A stretch of 54,158 bases of DNA from an uncultured virus (IMG/VR IMGVR_UViG_3300026453_000533) (lineage: Duplodnaviria > Heunggongvirae > Uroviricota > Caudoviricetes), in IMG/VR virus record IMGVR_UViG_3300026453_000533, positions 62,001 to 116,158 of that record; one strand, given 5' to 3'. This document shows, one piece after another, positions 9,878 through 18,455 of this stretch. Made by a program: the position numbers and the translations under genes. A model generated the notes under the pieces. The model did not search any database. It was not told where the DNA came from and saw only the letters and a program-made list of their open reading frames with translations. Numbering within the stretch: position 1 is the stretch's first letter; each line of letters begins with the position of its first letter.

Positions 9878-10051
9878 ATGAGTGCAAAACAAGAATTATT
9901 TGAACAAATCGCAGAGCAGTTTAGTATCTTAAGTGAGAATAACGAAGGAACGACTAAAGCTTCTCAAGCAAGAGCTAGAAAAGCAGCAGGTGAGATTAAG
10001 AAATTAATTACTCCTTACAAAAAAGCGAATATGGATGCAGTAAAAGGGTAG
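9878..10051 (+). CDS. Bacteroidota histone H1/Hc1-like small basic protein (alternative upstream start at 9746)
   Basis: TKASQARARKAAGEIKK resembles the KAA..RARKA..EL.K family motif; A-rich leader before ATG 9878. Confidence 0.7.
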   Translation: MSAKQELFEQIAEQFSILSENNEGTTKASQARARKAAGEIKKLITPYKKANMDAVKG

Positions 10052-10088
10052 GGGGCATTTCTCTCTAACCGACGAAGTCGCCACGCGC
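10046..10088 (+). ncRNA. GC-rich two-hairpin structured element, copy 1 (function unknown; RNA or ssDNA)
   Basis: TAGGGGG-CATTT-CTCTCTA AC CGAC-GAA-GTCG CCACGCGC; homologous to 52936-52980. Confidence 0.5.
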
Positions 10089-10131
10089 GAATTCTACTAA
10101 GTACCTCTCTAGAGTTAACCGCTCTAGACCG

Positions 10132-10159
10132 AAGCCCTTCCGGAAACGGAGGGGTTTTT
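10132..10159 (+). terminator. intrinsic terminator of the chaperone operon
   Basis: GCCCTTCCG-GAAA-CGGAGGGGT followed by T-tract. Confidence 0.85.
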
Positions 10160-10228
10160 ATTGGCAAATAGTTGCAAAAGTGAGAAATAGTGTGTATAGG
10201 GGATCCTTCCGGAAAGCGAAGTTTAAGA

Positions 10229-10585
10229 TTAAAATTTAATACCTAGTACGGTAAATTTTGTTTGCTTACGTTGCCGGATTAAATCAATGGTAATACCTAC
10301 CGATATTCCTCCATACGTAGTTGCAAGGAGATCTCTACCGTCAAAGTAATTACCGGATTGAGTACTATCACTCATTTCTTTTAAAGTACCTATTAAAACG
10401 GCAGTACCAATACCATATAAAACAGCTTTGTCTTTGTCTTTAGTAAATTCATATGCAACAGCATATCCAAGTGCAGATGTGAATGCGCCTGCGGCGAAGT
10501 GCATTTTTTTATCCGGTTCTGTCAAAAGTTGTGCACTAGCAGGGATAGTAGTTAAAAGAACAAGTAGAATAAGTGTACGTACCAT
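10229..10585 (-). CDS. exported/membrane protein, YfiM/DUF2279-like
   Basis: Signal peptide, DKKMHF..G, KE..D....FD..DL motif; TATTTATTA upstream on the minus strand. Confidence 0.7.
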   Translation of the reverse strand: MVRTLILLVLLTTIPASAQLLTEPDKKMHFAAGAFTSALGYAVAYEFTKDKDKAVLYGIGTAVLIGTLKEMSDSTQSGNYFDGRDLLATTYGGISVGITIDLIRQRKQTKFTVLGIKF

Positions 10586-10682
10586 GGAGAGAATATTTGA
10601 GAATATACTAATAAATATTTGCTTTTTAAATTAATTTTTCTTATATTTAGATATATGTTTAAGTACTTTAATGAAGAGTGGA

Positions 10683-10817
10683 ATGAAAAAGAAAAAATTG
10701 GAGGAGGTAGTACTGACATACCAGGAGTGGCTGGAAGCGTTAAAGATTCCGACTCCGGTCCGAAACAAGAAGAAGTACCGAAGAAAAATCAAACACAAAA
10801 ATAAAAGTTATGAGTGA
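10683..10817 (+). CDS. 44-aa basic peptide with ArfA-like C-terminus, not in ORF track
   Basis: MKKKKLEEVVLTYQEWLEALKIPTPVRNKKKYRRKIKHKNKSYE*; downstream of promoter at 10619. Confidence 0.55.
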   Translation: MKKKKLEEVVLTYQEWLEALKIPTPVRNKKKYRRKIKHKNKSYE

Positions 10818-10989
10818 TTCTATTACAAAATACCATGAAATGGTAGAAGACGGATTGATTGATCAAAACGAGCCGGTTAGAAAATCAAATAAATTATCAG
10901 AAGAGCAAAAACAACAAGCTTACAGATTACTTACAGAGTATGATGAAGAAGTAATTAAATTTGCTTTTAATAAGATAATGTTTGGTTAA
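10810..10989 (+). CDS. hypothetical 59-aa protein
   Basis: MSDSITKYHEMVEDGLID... translated by hand; AAGTT-ATG leader. Confidence 0.55.
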   Translation: MSDSITKYHEMVEDGLIDQNEPVRKSNKLSEEQKQQAYRLLTEYDEEVIKFAFNKIMFG

Positions 10990-11016
10990 TTGCAATAAAG
11001 TTCTTATATTAATATT

Positions 11017-11541
11017 ATGACAGAAAGTTTACCGTTCAAACCTAGATGGTCTAAAAAGTGGATAGAGAAGAAACTTAGCGATAGGTACTTCAAAAAACCG
11101 TACGATAGATTTATGTGGTGGAGAAGTTATACTCCTAAGAATAAACCTCTTACAACTAGACATCCATTAAGAGATAGAATTGCTAATGGAGACTTTGATC
11201 AGGGACCTTATTTACTTGAAGTTGAATTATGCTACCATACTATGAACGAAAAATGGCAAGCAGCAACTACTCCTCGTGGCGAAGTAGATCATAGCCTGTA
11301 TCATACTAATTCCTCTATAGATAGAGCTAGAAAGAAAAGATTAGTTGAAGACCACGAAAAAGAAGAATTTAGAAAATTAGACGACTTAAGAAATGAGTTT
11401 CTTAAAGAGTTTAAGATGAGTCGAGAAGAGTATGATACTGAAGTTGAAAAGACTAAAGGTACTATTTTAGACTTTTATTTTGAAATGGAAGAAAAATATG
11501 GAAAATGGGCTATTAAACCTAAGCGTGTTCCTAAATTTTGA
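11017..11541 (+). CDS. hypothetical protein
   Basis: 174 aa ORF after promoter at 10982. Confidence 0.7.
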   Translation: MTESLPFKPRWSKKWIEKKLSDRYFKKPYDRFMWWRSYTPKNKPLTTRHPLRDRIANGDFDQGPYLLEVELCYHTMNEKWQAATTPRGEVDHSLYHTNSSIDRARKKRLVEDHEKEEFRKLDDLRNEFLKEFKMSREEYDTEVEKTKGTILDFYFEMEEKYGKWAIKPKRVPKF

Positions 11542-11601
11542 CCTATTTATATATATAGATATATATCAATTACAATTACAATTATTAATTAAAATTAGTT
11601 T

Positions 11602-12006
11602 ATGAAAACAATCCTAGTTATTTTAGCACTCGCAGCAGTAGCCGTTGGTGTTATTATTTACCTAATTAAAAAAGGTAAAATCAAAGATTCAGATGGAGAT
11701 TACGTACCTGATGCAGTAGAAGACGCTGTTGAAGATGTTAAAGAATTCGCTGAAGATGTTAAAGAAACTGCAAAAAAAGTTAAAAAACGAGCAAAAGCAG
11801 TTAAAGCAGAGTTAAAAGATGTTGTTAATGAAGCAAAAGATGTTGCCGATGCCTTGAAAGGTAAAGTAACTAAATCTAAGCTAAGAGCAATGACTAAGAA
11901 GCAACTCTTAGATCACGCCGAAAATGATCTTGGTACTAAGTTAGATTCAAGTTTAACTAAAAGTAACATTATTAATAAGGTATACCTAATTCATCAATCT
12001 AAATAA
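11602..12006 (+). CDS. membrane-anchored coiled-coil protein with possible C-terminal Rho-N/HEH-like domain
   Basis: N-terminal TM helix, DSDGDYVPD, K/E/A repeats, LRAMTKKQL...LTKSNII. Confidence 0.6.
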   Translation: MKTILVILALAAVAVGVIIYLIKKGKIKDSDGDYVPDAVEDAVEDVKEFAEDVKETAKKVKKRAKAVKAELKDVVNEAKDVADALKGKVTKSKLRAMTKKQLLDHAENDLGTKLDSSLTKSNIINKVYLIHQSK

Positions 12007-12230
12007 TGCAGCCAAGACCGAATGTATCACTGGATCAAACAAAAGCTGTTTTATGTGAAGAATGCGGACATACATTCTTTGAAGAAGGAGTGCACTTGCG
12101 GAAAGCATCAGGATTGCTCACAGGAACAGGACAAACAACCTACATCCCAATCCCAATCTTTTCCTGCAAAAAATGCGGACATGTTAACTCAGAATTCTTA
12201 CCAAAAGAAATTAAGAACTTGGAGGAATAG
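12006..12230 (+). CDS. zinc-ribbon protein
   Basis: CEECG...CKKCG. Confidence 0.7.
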   Translation: MQPRPNVSLDQTKAVLCEECGHTFFEEGVHLRKASGLLTGTGQTTYIPIPIFSCKKCGHVNSEFLPKEIKNLEE

Positions 12231-12271
12231 AATTTATTCAGGACTTCAAAAAGAAATCTACGAATAACATT

Positions 12272-12305
12272 AAGAAGAAGGAGCCTAAGGGCTTCTTTTT
12301 TTTTT
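12272..12305 (+). terminator. intrinsic terminator
   Basis: AAGAAGGAGCC-TAA-GGGCTTCTTTTTTTTTT. Confidence 0.85.
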
Positions 12306-12378
12306 GCCTATTTATATACATGGAATTCCTTTTCAAACAAGTCGGACAGTTACACTTTGTCTAACTAAAAACAATCAC

Positions 12379-12615
12379 ATGGATTTATTAAACAAAGTTG
12401 GCTCTTGGGTCAACAAAATCACAGAAGTAGGTGTATCTTTAATTGCCTTAGGGGTAGTATTCGAAGTACTATTCAAAGGTGTTGCTATACCATTCTGGCC
12501 AGAAATATCAGTAGTTGATAATATAATGGCGATTTTGGGCTCATTGAGCGCTGAAGGTTTACTCGGATTAGTGGGTGCCTTTGTCCTTTACCATATCTTG
12601 AAGAAGAAAGGGTAA
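12379..12615 (+). CDS. small two-helix membrane protein (78 aa, monocistronic)
   Basis: ATG 12379 after A-rich leader; hydrophobic, basic C-terminus; TATTTAT upstream and terminator downstream. Confidence 0.75.
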   Translation: MDLLNKVGSWVNKITEVGVSLIALGVVFEVLFKGVAIPFWPEISVVDNIMAILGSLSAEGLLGLVGAFVLYHILKKKG

Positions 12616-12627
12616 ATAATTAAGTAG

Positions 12628-12659
12628 AAAGAGGGGCCTTTTTTGGCCCCTTTTTTTTT
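12628..12659 (+). terminator. intrinsic terminator
   Basis: GGGGCC-TTTTTT-GGCCCC followed by T9. Confidence 0.9.
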
Positions 12660-12727
12660 ATTGTATGTTTACCTAAAATTAACTATTTATTATAAAGATT
12701 ATAATAAGCTAAACAATAAAATTTATA

Positions 12728-15700
12728 ATGAAAAAATTACTATTCTGGTTATGTCTAGTATTCCCTTTTTTAAGCATAGCCCAAGAAACAGCACCCGTAA
12801 CCTTTAGATTAGATGTTAATGAAATTATAGCTAATACTCCTAACCCAGATCAAATGCAAGTTTATATTCAAACTAGCGTTACTGGATGGACTGATATACC
12901 AATGGAAGATGTTGGAGGAAACGGAATTTACAGAAAAAATATTAATATAGGACACCCAACAGATGAAAATGTAGAGGTATTTTATAGATTTAAGATAACA
13001 TCTTTTGGTGATAATGGACTACCCTGGACAGGATGGGAAGGAGGTCCTGATGCATCTGACTGTTTATTTGATGTAGCTACAGGAGGTGCTCCAGGAGGAC
13101 CTAATAGTTTAAGAAAAGTAACAGTACCCGAAGAATTAATAGCAAATGGCACTTATGTAAATCCTTCAGGAGAATATAAATTAACCCATTGTGTTAATGT
13201 ATGTGGTAATGCACCATGTGAAGAAGAAACAACTCTAGTTGAATTTAAATTGGATATGAATGAATATCCTGATGAATATACCCAGCCTTATGTAACGGGA
13301 GAATTTAGTAATTGGACTGATCAATATCCAATGGAAGATGAAGATGGTGATGGTATATGGGAATTAGGAATAGAACTTCCCGAAGGTACTTATTTATGGA
13401 AATTTATGTTAGATAACTGGGCAGACTCAGAATTACCAGCGGGTGTGACAGAAACTTCAGCATGTTTTATACCTGATGGAAATGGTTTTATAAATAGAAT
13501 TTTAGATGTTACTATTGGGGACAGTATTTCTCTTCCTCTGGTTTGTTGGGAATCATGTTTACCCTGTGGAGCAGTTTTAGGATGTATGGACCCAACATCG
13601 CAAAATTACAACCCCTGGGCTACTATAGATGATGGTTCTTGTTCAGTAATACCACAATGTGAAGAAGGGCAGACTTTATTGCAAATAGTTTATACCGGAG
13701 ATAACTGGCCGGGAGAATCTAGTTGGATTTTATATGGAGATAATAACGGAGTAGATGTTACTTATGCAAGTGCACCTCAAGGTTCATATAACTCAGCTCC
13801 TCCTGGAGTACCTCTTACTACTTATGTATGTGTTGATCAAAATAGCACATTAGACTTAGTTATTGAAGATAGTTATGGAGATGGTTTAGCTGGTACTACA
13901 TCTGGAGGAACTGTAGATGGAAATATACAAGTTATAGCCTGTGATGGAACTATTTTATATGATTTATCAGAAAATTTCCCTAATTCAAATTTTGGTTATT
14001 TAGTTACTACCCCTCAATTTACTCCTGTTACTTGTGAAAGTGAAAGTGAAGTAGAAGGCTGTATGAATCCATTTTCAACAACCTATAACCCACTAGCTAC
14101 AGTAGATGATGGAAGTTGTGGTCCTCCTAGAATAGAAGGATGTACTGATCAAGATGCATTCAACTACAACCCAGATGCTAATACTAGTGAAGTAATGCAA
14201 GGTACATATACATTAGAGATATTTGATGGAGCTTCGGATGGTTGGAACGGTACTTGGTTAGGTTTAACTCAAGGTAATTGGGTATCTCCTCAATATCAAA
14301 TAGGTGCTAACGATGGTGAGAGTATTTCTTTTGAAGTACAGTTAAACATTTATGAACCTATTGAAGCTTTCTTATTTACTACTCCTAATTCTAATCAAAC
14401 ATTAGCTCAAATAGGGTACACTCTAACAGGTCCTTTAGGAGATAAAATTATAGATGTAGGATATTGGCAAGCAATACCATATCCTTTCGTATTAGAAGCC
14501 ACTACTCCAACTTTTGGAGATACTTGTATTCCAATTATAGAAGGGTGTATGGATGAAAATTCATTAAATTATATAGAATTAACTGGAGATCCTTTAGTTG
14601 ATGTAAATACTGACGATGGTTCTTGTATCCCTATAGTAGAAGGATGTATGAACCCATTAGCATTTAACTACAATCCAGATGCTACAGTAGATGATGGCTC
14701 TTGTGTTGAAGTAGTAGTAGGATGTATGGACCCAGATTCATTTAACTATAATCCAGATGCTAACACAGAAGGTGATTGTATCCCAGTTATAGAAGGTTGT
14801 ATGGATGAAACTTCATTCAATTATAATGAGAATGCTAATGTAGATGATGGTTCATGTATTGCAGTTGTAGAGGGATGTATGGATGAAAATTCAATTAATT
14901 ATAACCCAGATGCTAATACAGATGATGGAAGTTGTATTCCGATAGTAGAAGGATGTATGGATCCAGATTCATTTAATTACGATCCTAATGCAAATGTAGA
15001 TGATGGAAGCTGCGTACCTATAATATATGGTTGTATGGACCCAGATTCATTTAACTATAATCCAGATGCTAATACAGACAATGGAACTTGTGAACCAGTA
15101 GTCTTTGGCTGTACAGATCCAGATGCATTTAACTATAATCCAGATGCTAATACGGATAATGGGACTTGTGTACCTATTATATACGGATGTACAGATAATA
15201 CAGCATTAAACTATGATCCTAATGCTAACACAGAAGACGGTTCATGTATTCCTATCTTAGCTGGCTGTACAGACCCAGATGCATTTAATTATAATCCATT
15301 AGCTAACACAGATGATGGTTCTTGTGTACCTGTAATATTAGGTTGTACAGATAATACTTCATTAAATTACAATCCAGATGCAAATACAGATGATGGTTCT
15401 TGTATTCCTATTCTTTATGGATGTATGGATGAAACTTCATTTAACTACAATCCACTTGCAACCGTAGACGATGGTTCTTGTATTCCTGTAGTAGAAGGAT
15501 GTACAGACAATACTTCATTAAATTACAACCCAGATGCGAATACTGATGACGGTAGTTGTATCCCAATTCTATATGGGTGTATGGACCCAGATTCATTTAA
15601 CTATAATGCTTTAGCAACTGTTGATGATGGATCTTGTATCCCAGTAGTATTAGGCTGTACAGATAACACAGCATTAAATTATAATCCAGATGCTAATACC

Positions 15701-16447
15701 GATGATGGTAGCTGTATCCCTCTTTTATATGGTTGTATGGATCCTAACTCATTTAACTACAATGCACTAGCAACTGTTGACGACGGTAGCTGTATTCCAA
15801 TTGTAGAGGGTTGTACAGATCCAGATGCACTAAATTATAATCCAGATGCTAATACAGAAGACTTTAGTTGTATAGAAAAAGTATACGGCTGTATGGACCC
15901 TAACTCAATTAATTTTGATCCTGAAGCTAATGTAGATAACGGTACATGTATTACAGCAGTAGTAGGATGTATGGATCCTGAATCTTATAACTATAACCCA
16001 GAAGCTAATGTAGCTGATCCTGATGCTTGTTTATATGATGCAGGTTGTATAACAGGACCAGGTGAACCATATTGGTTAAATAACCAATGTTATGCTTGGG
16101 TAATTGACGTAGATAATTATTGCTGTGAAAATGAATGGGATCCAATTTGTCAGGAAACTTACAATTACTGTGAAAACGGATGGCCAGAAGGAATGGATAT
16201 AGACGGTATGTTCTCTAGAGGATTAGATAATGTAAGTATAATTGTTTATCCAAACCCTACAGACGGTATAATTAATATCGCAACTAATCTAGACATTACT
16301 TACTCAGTACGTGATTTATTAGGTAAGATTATAATTCAATCTTCAGATAAAAAACAAGTAGATTTATCTAACGTAGAATCAGGAGTATACTTCTTAACAA
16401 TTAGTCACGAAGGTAAGTTATTTAATAAAAGAATAATTATAGAATAA
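12728..16447 (+). CDS. large secreted Cys-repeat protein with CBM/E-set-like domains and T9SS type A C-terminal sorting domain
   Basis: SPI signal peptide; VTGEFSNW..MEDEDGDGIWE; about 22 GC(M/T)D..NYNP.A..DDGSC repeats; IVYPNPT...DLLGK...GVYFL...KRIIIE. Confidence 0.88.
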   Translation: MKKLLFWLCLVFPFLSIAQETAPVTFRLDVNEIIANTPNPDQMQVYIQTSVTGWTDIPMEDVGGNGIYRKNINIGHPTDENVEVFYRFKITSFGDNGLPWTGWEGGPDASDCLFDVATGGAPGGPNSLRKVTVPEELIANGTYVNPSGEYKLTHCVNVCGNAPCEEETTLVEFKLDMNEYPDEYTQPYVTGEFSNWTDQYPMEDEDGDGIWELGIELPEGTYLWKFMLDNWADSELPAGVTETSACFIPDGNGFINRILDVTIGDSISLPLVCWESCLPCGAVLGCMDPTSQNYNPWATIDDGSCSVIPQCEEGQTLLQIVYTGDNWPGESSWILYGDNNGVDVTYASAPQGSYNSAPPGVPLTTYVCVDQNSTLDLVIEDSYGDGLAGTTSGGTVDGNIQVIACDGTILYDLSENFPNSNFGYLVTTPQFTPVTCESESEVEGCMNPFSTTYNPLATVDDGSCGPPRIEGCTDQDAFNYNPDANTSEVMQGTYTLEIFDGASDGWNGTWLGLTQGNWVSPQYQIGANDGESISFEVQLNIYEPIEAFLFTTPNSNQTLAQIGYTLTGPLGDKIIDVGYWQAIPYPFVLEATTPTFGDTCIPIIEGCMDENSLNYIELTGDPLVDVNTDDGSCIPIVEGCMNPLAFNYNPDATVDDGSCVEVVVGCMDPDSFNYNPDANTEGDCIPVIEGCMDETSFNYNENANVDDGSCIAVVEGCMDENSINYNPDANTDDGSCIPIVEGCMDPDSFNYDPNANVDDGSCVPIIYGCMDPDSFNYNPDANTDNGTCEPVVFGCTDPDAFNYNPDANTDNGTCVPIIYGCTDNTALNYDPNANTEDGSCIPILAGCTDPDAFNYNPLANTDDGSCVPVILGCTDNTSLNYNPDANTDDGSCIPILYGCMDETSFNYNPLATVDDGSCIPVVEGCTDNTSLNYNPDANTDDGSCIPILYGCMDPDSFNYNALATVDDGSCIPVVLGCTDNTALNYNPDANTDDGSCIPLLYGCMDPNSFNYNALATVDDGSCIPIVEGCTDPDALNYNPDANTEDFSCIEKVYGCMDPNSINFDPEANVDNGTCITAVVGCMDPESYNYNPEANVADPDACLYDAGCITGPGEPYWLNNQCYAWVIDVDNYCCENEWDPICQETYNYCENGWPEGMDIDGMFSRGLDNVSIIVYPNPTDGIINIATNLDITYSVRDLLGKIIIQSSDKKQVDLSNVESGVYFLTISHEGKLFNKRIIIE
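14522..16030 (+). repeat. coding tandem repeat, about 19 units of 78 bp (26 aa), partly in 156-bp higher-order units
   Basis: Recurrent GGxTGTA(T/C)xGA...AA(T/C)TA(T/C)AA(T/C)CCAGATGC...GATGATGG units. Confidence 0.92.
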
Positions 16448-16448
16448 A

Positions 16449-17510
16449 ATGAAGAAATTATTAATACTATTTTTAGTAATCCCACTTTTAGGTTTTAGTC
16501 AAGAATCTAAGTTTAAAAAAGATCTAAAGAAAACTTTTAAGTTTGCTACAATATTTGCTGCTGTGAATGGAGGAACATCTTTAGCAGACAAGAATCAATT
16601 TTCAGTTAATACCGGTACACTAATCCAAGATGTTGTTGAGACTCCATTTGATTATTCACTTTCTTTAGGTATAAGAAAAATAGCTAGATTTCAATATGAA
16701 AATAGAGCTAATGTATTTTATAACGGTACAGAAGAATCCTATTCAGATAACGCAACATTAGGTAAAATAAAAGGATTTGAATTCTTATTTGAAGCTGATT
16801 ATAGAAGAATACAAGGAGAAACATATTTAGACCAGCATCACTTTTTAAGATATGTAGCTGATGATTGGGTAGCTAAAGTAGAGTACCTTGTAGGAGGCTT
16901 TATTGATATAGAATATTTTCAAGCTTCTCAAAGATATAAGCATAATATAACTAAAGAATTTTCTATTAACGTAGGTATTGCACAAAGACTATCTAAACCA
17001 TATGGATATGATCCTTTACAGGAATGGATGTTAAGTAACGGTAACTTACATTATACTTATTTAGCTTTACAAGAAGGTTACAATGTAAACTTTAATGGAG
17101 GGGGAGATATAGAATACCTTAACCCCCAAGGTGCAGTAGTAGCAACAAGTACTGAAGTATGGGAAGAAGTAATTATTCCACAAGTATTAGTTGATTACGT
17201 AGAGAAAAAAGAAGACCAAGCTCCTTTAAGATTAGAATATTCTGCCATATTTGGTTTCGATTATTATAAGTACACTAAAAACTTCTGGCTACATGCTTGG
17301 GGTAATGTAATGCCTATACATATAAAAGGGGCAGATGAATTTTCGTATCATAATTTTAATGGAGGTCAATGGACCGATTATTCCGGAGGATTAATATTTG
17401 GATATAAATTAACCAAATCATTAGGGTTATTTGCAGAAGGAACATATAATCAATATTGGAATAGAAATTGGCATAATTTTTCAATGGGAGTTAATTATAT
17501 AATTTTTTAA
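16449..17510 (+). CDS. putative outer-membrane beta-barrel protein
   Basis: Signal peptide, alternating aromatic beta-strands, C-terminal GVNYIIF. Confidence 0.65.
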   Translation: MKKLLILFLVIPLLGFSQESKFKKDLKKTFKFATIFAAVNGGTSLADKNQFSVNTGTLIQDVVETPFDYSLSLGIRKIARFQYENRANVFYNGTEESYSDNATLGKIKGFEFLFEADYRRIQGETYLDQHHFLRYVADDWVAKVEYLVGGFIDIEYFQASQRYKHNITKEFSINVGIAQRLSKPYGYDPLQEWMLSNGNLHYTYLALQEGYNVNFNGGGDIEYLNPQGAVVATSTEVWEEVIIPQVLVDYVEKKEDQAPLRLEYSAIFGFDYYKYTKNFWLHAWGNVMPIHIKGADEFSYHNFNGGQWTDYSGGLIFGYKLTKSLGLFAEGTYNQYWNRNWHNFSMGVNYIIF

Positions 17511-17512
17511 AA

Positions 17513-17797
17513 ATGGCAAAAGAGTTAAGCGAAAACACTAGTTTTCAAATAAGTATACAGACATTAATAGGTATTGCATTCGGTATAGCTACAGTAGTAG
17601 GTATGTGGTTTGCACTTCAAGCAGATATTGAAGAGGCAAAAGAACTTCCTATAGCACCACCACCAGATGTTACTAGAATGGAATACGACATGAAAGATCA
17701 ATTAATACGTCAAACAATCATGACTACTCAAGATGATGTTAAAGAATTAAAGGATAGAATGATTCGGATGGAAGAGAAGATTGATAAACTAAGATAA
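17513..17797 (+). CDS. single-TM coiled-coil protein
   Basis: TM helix then heptad-rich C-terminus. Confidence 0.65.
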   Translation: MAKELSENTSFQISIQTLIGIAFGIATVVGMWFALQADIEEAKELPIAPPPDVTRMEYDMKDQLIRQTIMTTQDDVKELKDRMIRMEEKIDKLR

Positions 17798-17804
17798 ACT
17801 TATT

Positions 17805-18134
17805 ATGAAAAAGTTATTAATATTACCTATGTTACTATTTTCTACTATGACTTTATATAGTCAAATAGAAGTTAAGTATTTTAACGCAGGTTGGAATGCT
17901 GCCAATGAAGTAACATGGGTAGAAAAACTATCAGATTGTGAAATAGATAAATTTGATATTGGAGCTGATCCTAAAAAAGCTCAAGAATTTAAAGTAGTTG
18001 TAGTCCCTACCATTATTATCTTCCAAGATGGAGAAGAAGTCGAAAGATACCAAGCAGATATTAGCTTTAAAATGGAGGCAACCAGAGAAGAACTTCAGGA
18101 TTATATTGACGAACTTATCATGAGTGCTTTTTAG
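17805..18134 (+). CDS. exported thioredoxin-fold protein lacking CxxC
   Basis: Signal peptide; YFNAGWN; VVPTIIIFQDGEEVER. Confidence 0.7.
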   Translation: MKKLLILPMLLFSTMTLYSQIEVKYFNAGWNAANEVTWVEKLSDCEIDKFDIGADPKKAQEFKVVVVPTIIIFQDGEEVERYQADISFKMEATREELQDYIDELIMSAF

Positions 18135-18168
18135 AGCTATTTATATAAAAGAATTGTTTCACTAAAAA

Positions 18169-18432
18169 TTGTTATCTATGTTTAATTTTATAAAACGTAA
18201 TTGGATGGCTTTAAAGAACTTATTTGATGATGATAATAATATCAATGAAAAAACAGTAGTTGGTTTTATTGCTTTTATTGTAATGATATTATTTGCATTC
18301 GTAGATTTAGCAACTGGATATTTCGGCAAAGATTTAGTTATTAATGAATTTATATACGACTCTTTTGTTTTAGTGGTATTAGGTTCATTTGGTATAGCTG
18401 AAGTTGGAAAAATATTCGGCAACAGAAAATAA
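18169..18432 (+). CDS. putative holin
   Basis: Two TM helices, basic C-terminus, directly upstream of the lysin. Confidence 0.55.
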   Translation: MLSMFNFIKRNWMALKNLFDDDNNINEKTVVGFIAFIVMILFAFVDLATGYFGKDLVINEFIYDSFVLVVLGSFGIAEVGKIFGNRK

Positions 18433-18455
18433 AAAAAGATTAAAAGTAAAAATAT

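Noticed and set aside
10046..10088. Known self-cleaving ribozyme or riboswitch
   Set aside because: Could not fit hammerhead, HDV-like, twister or preQ1 cores by eye; left as unknown pending a covariance search
10172..10202. Additional class I promoter (TTG-N20-TATAGGGG)
   Set aside because: Degenerate -7 box and no sense gene downstream
10619..10804. Tracked 61-aa ORF
   Set aside because: Starts inside the promoter; the overlapping frame 10683-10817 is more protein-like and couples to the next gene
12304..12378. N-terminal extensions from TTG or upstream starts (also 44455, 47851, 41210, 19330)
   Set aside because: They overlap terminators, promoters or upstream genes; downstream ATGs with typical leaders fit better
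14522..16030. Regularly spaced repeats resembling a CRISPR array
   Set aside because: In-frame 78-bp coding repeats with synonymous variation and no unique spacers; no cas operon
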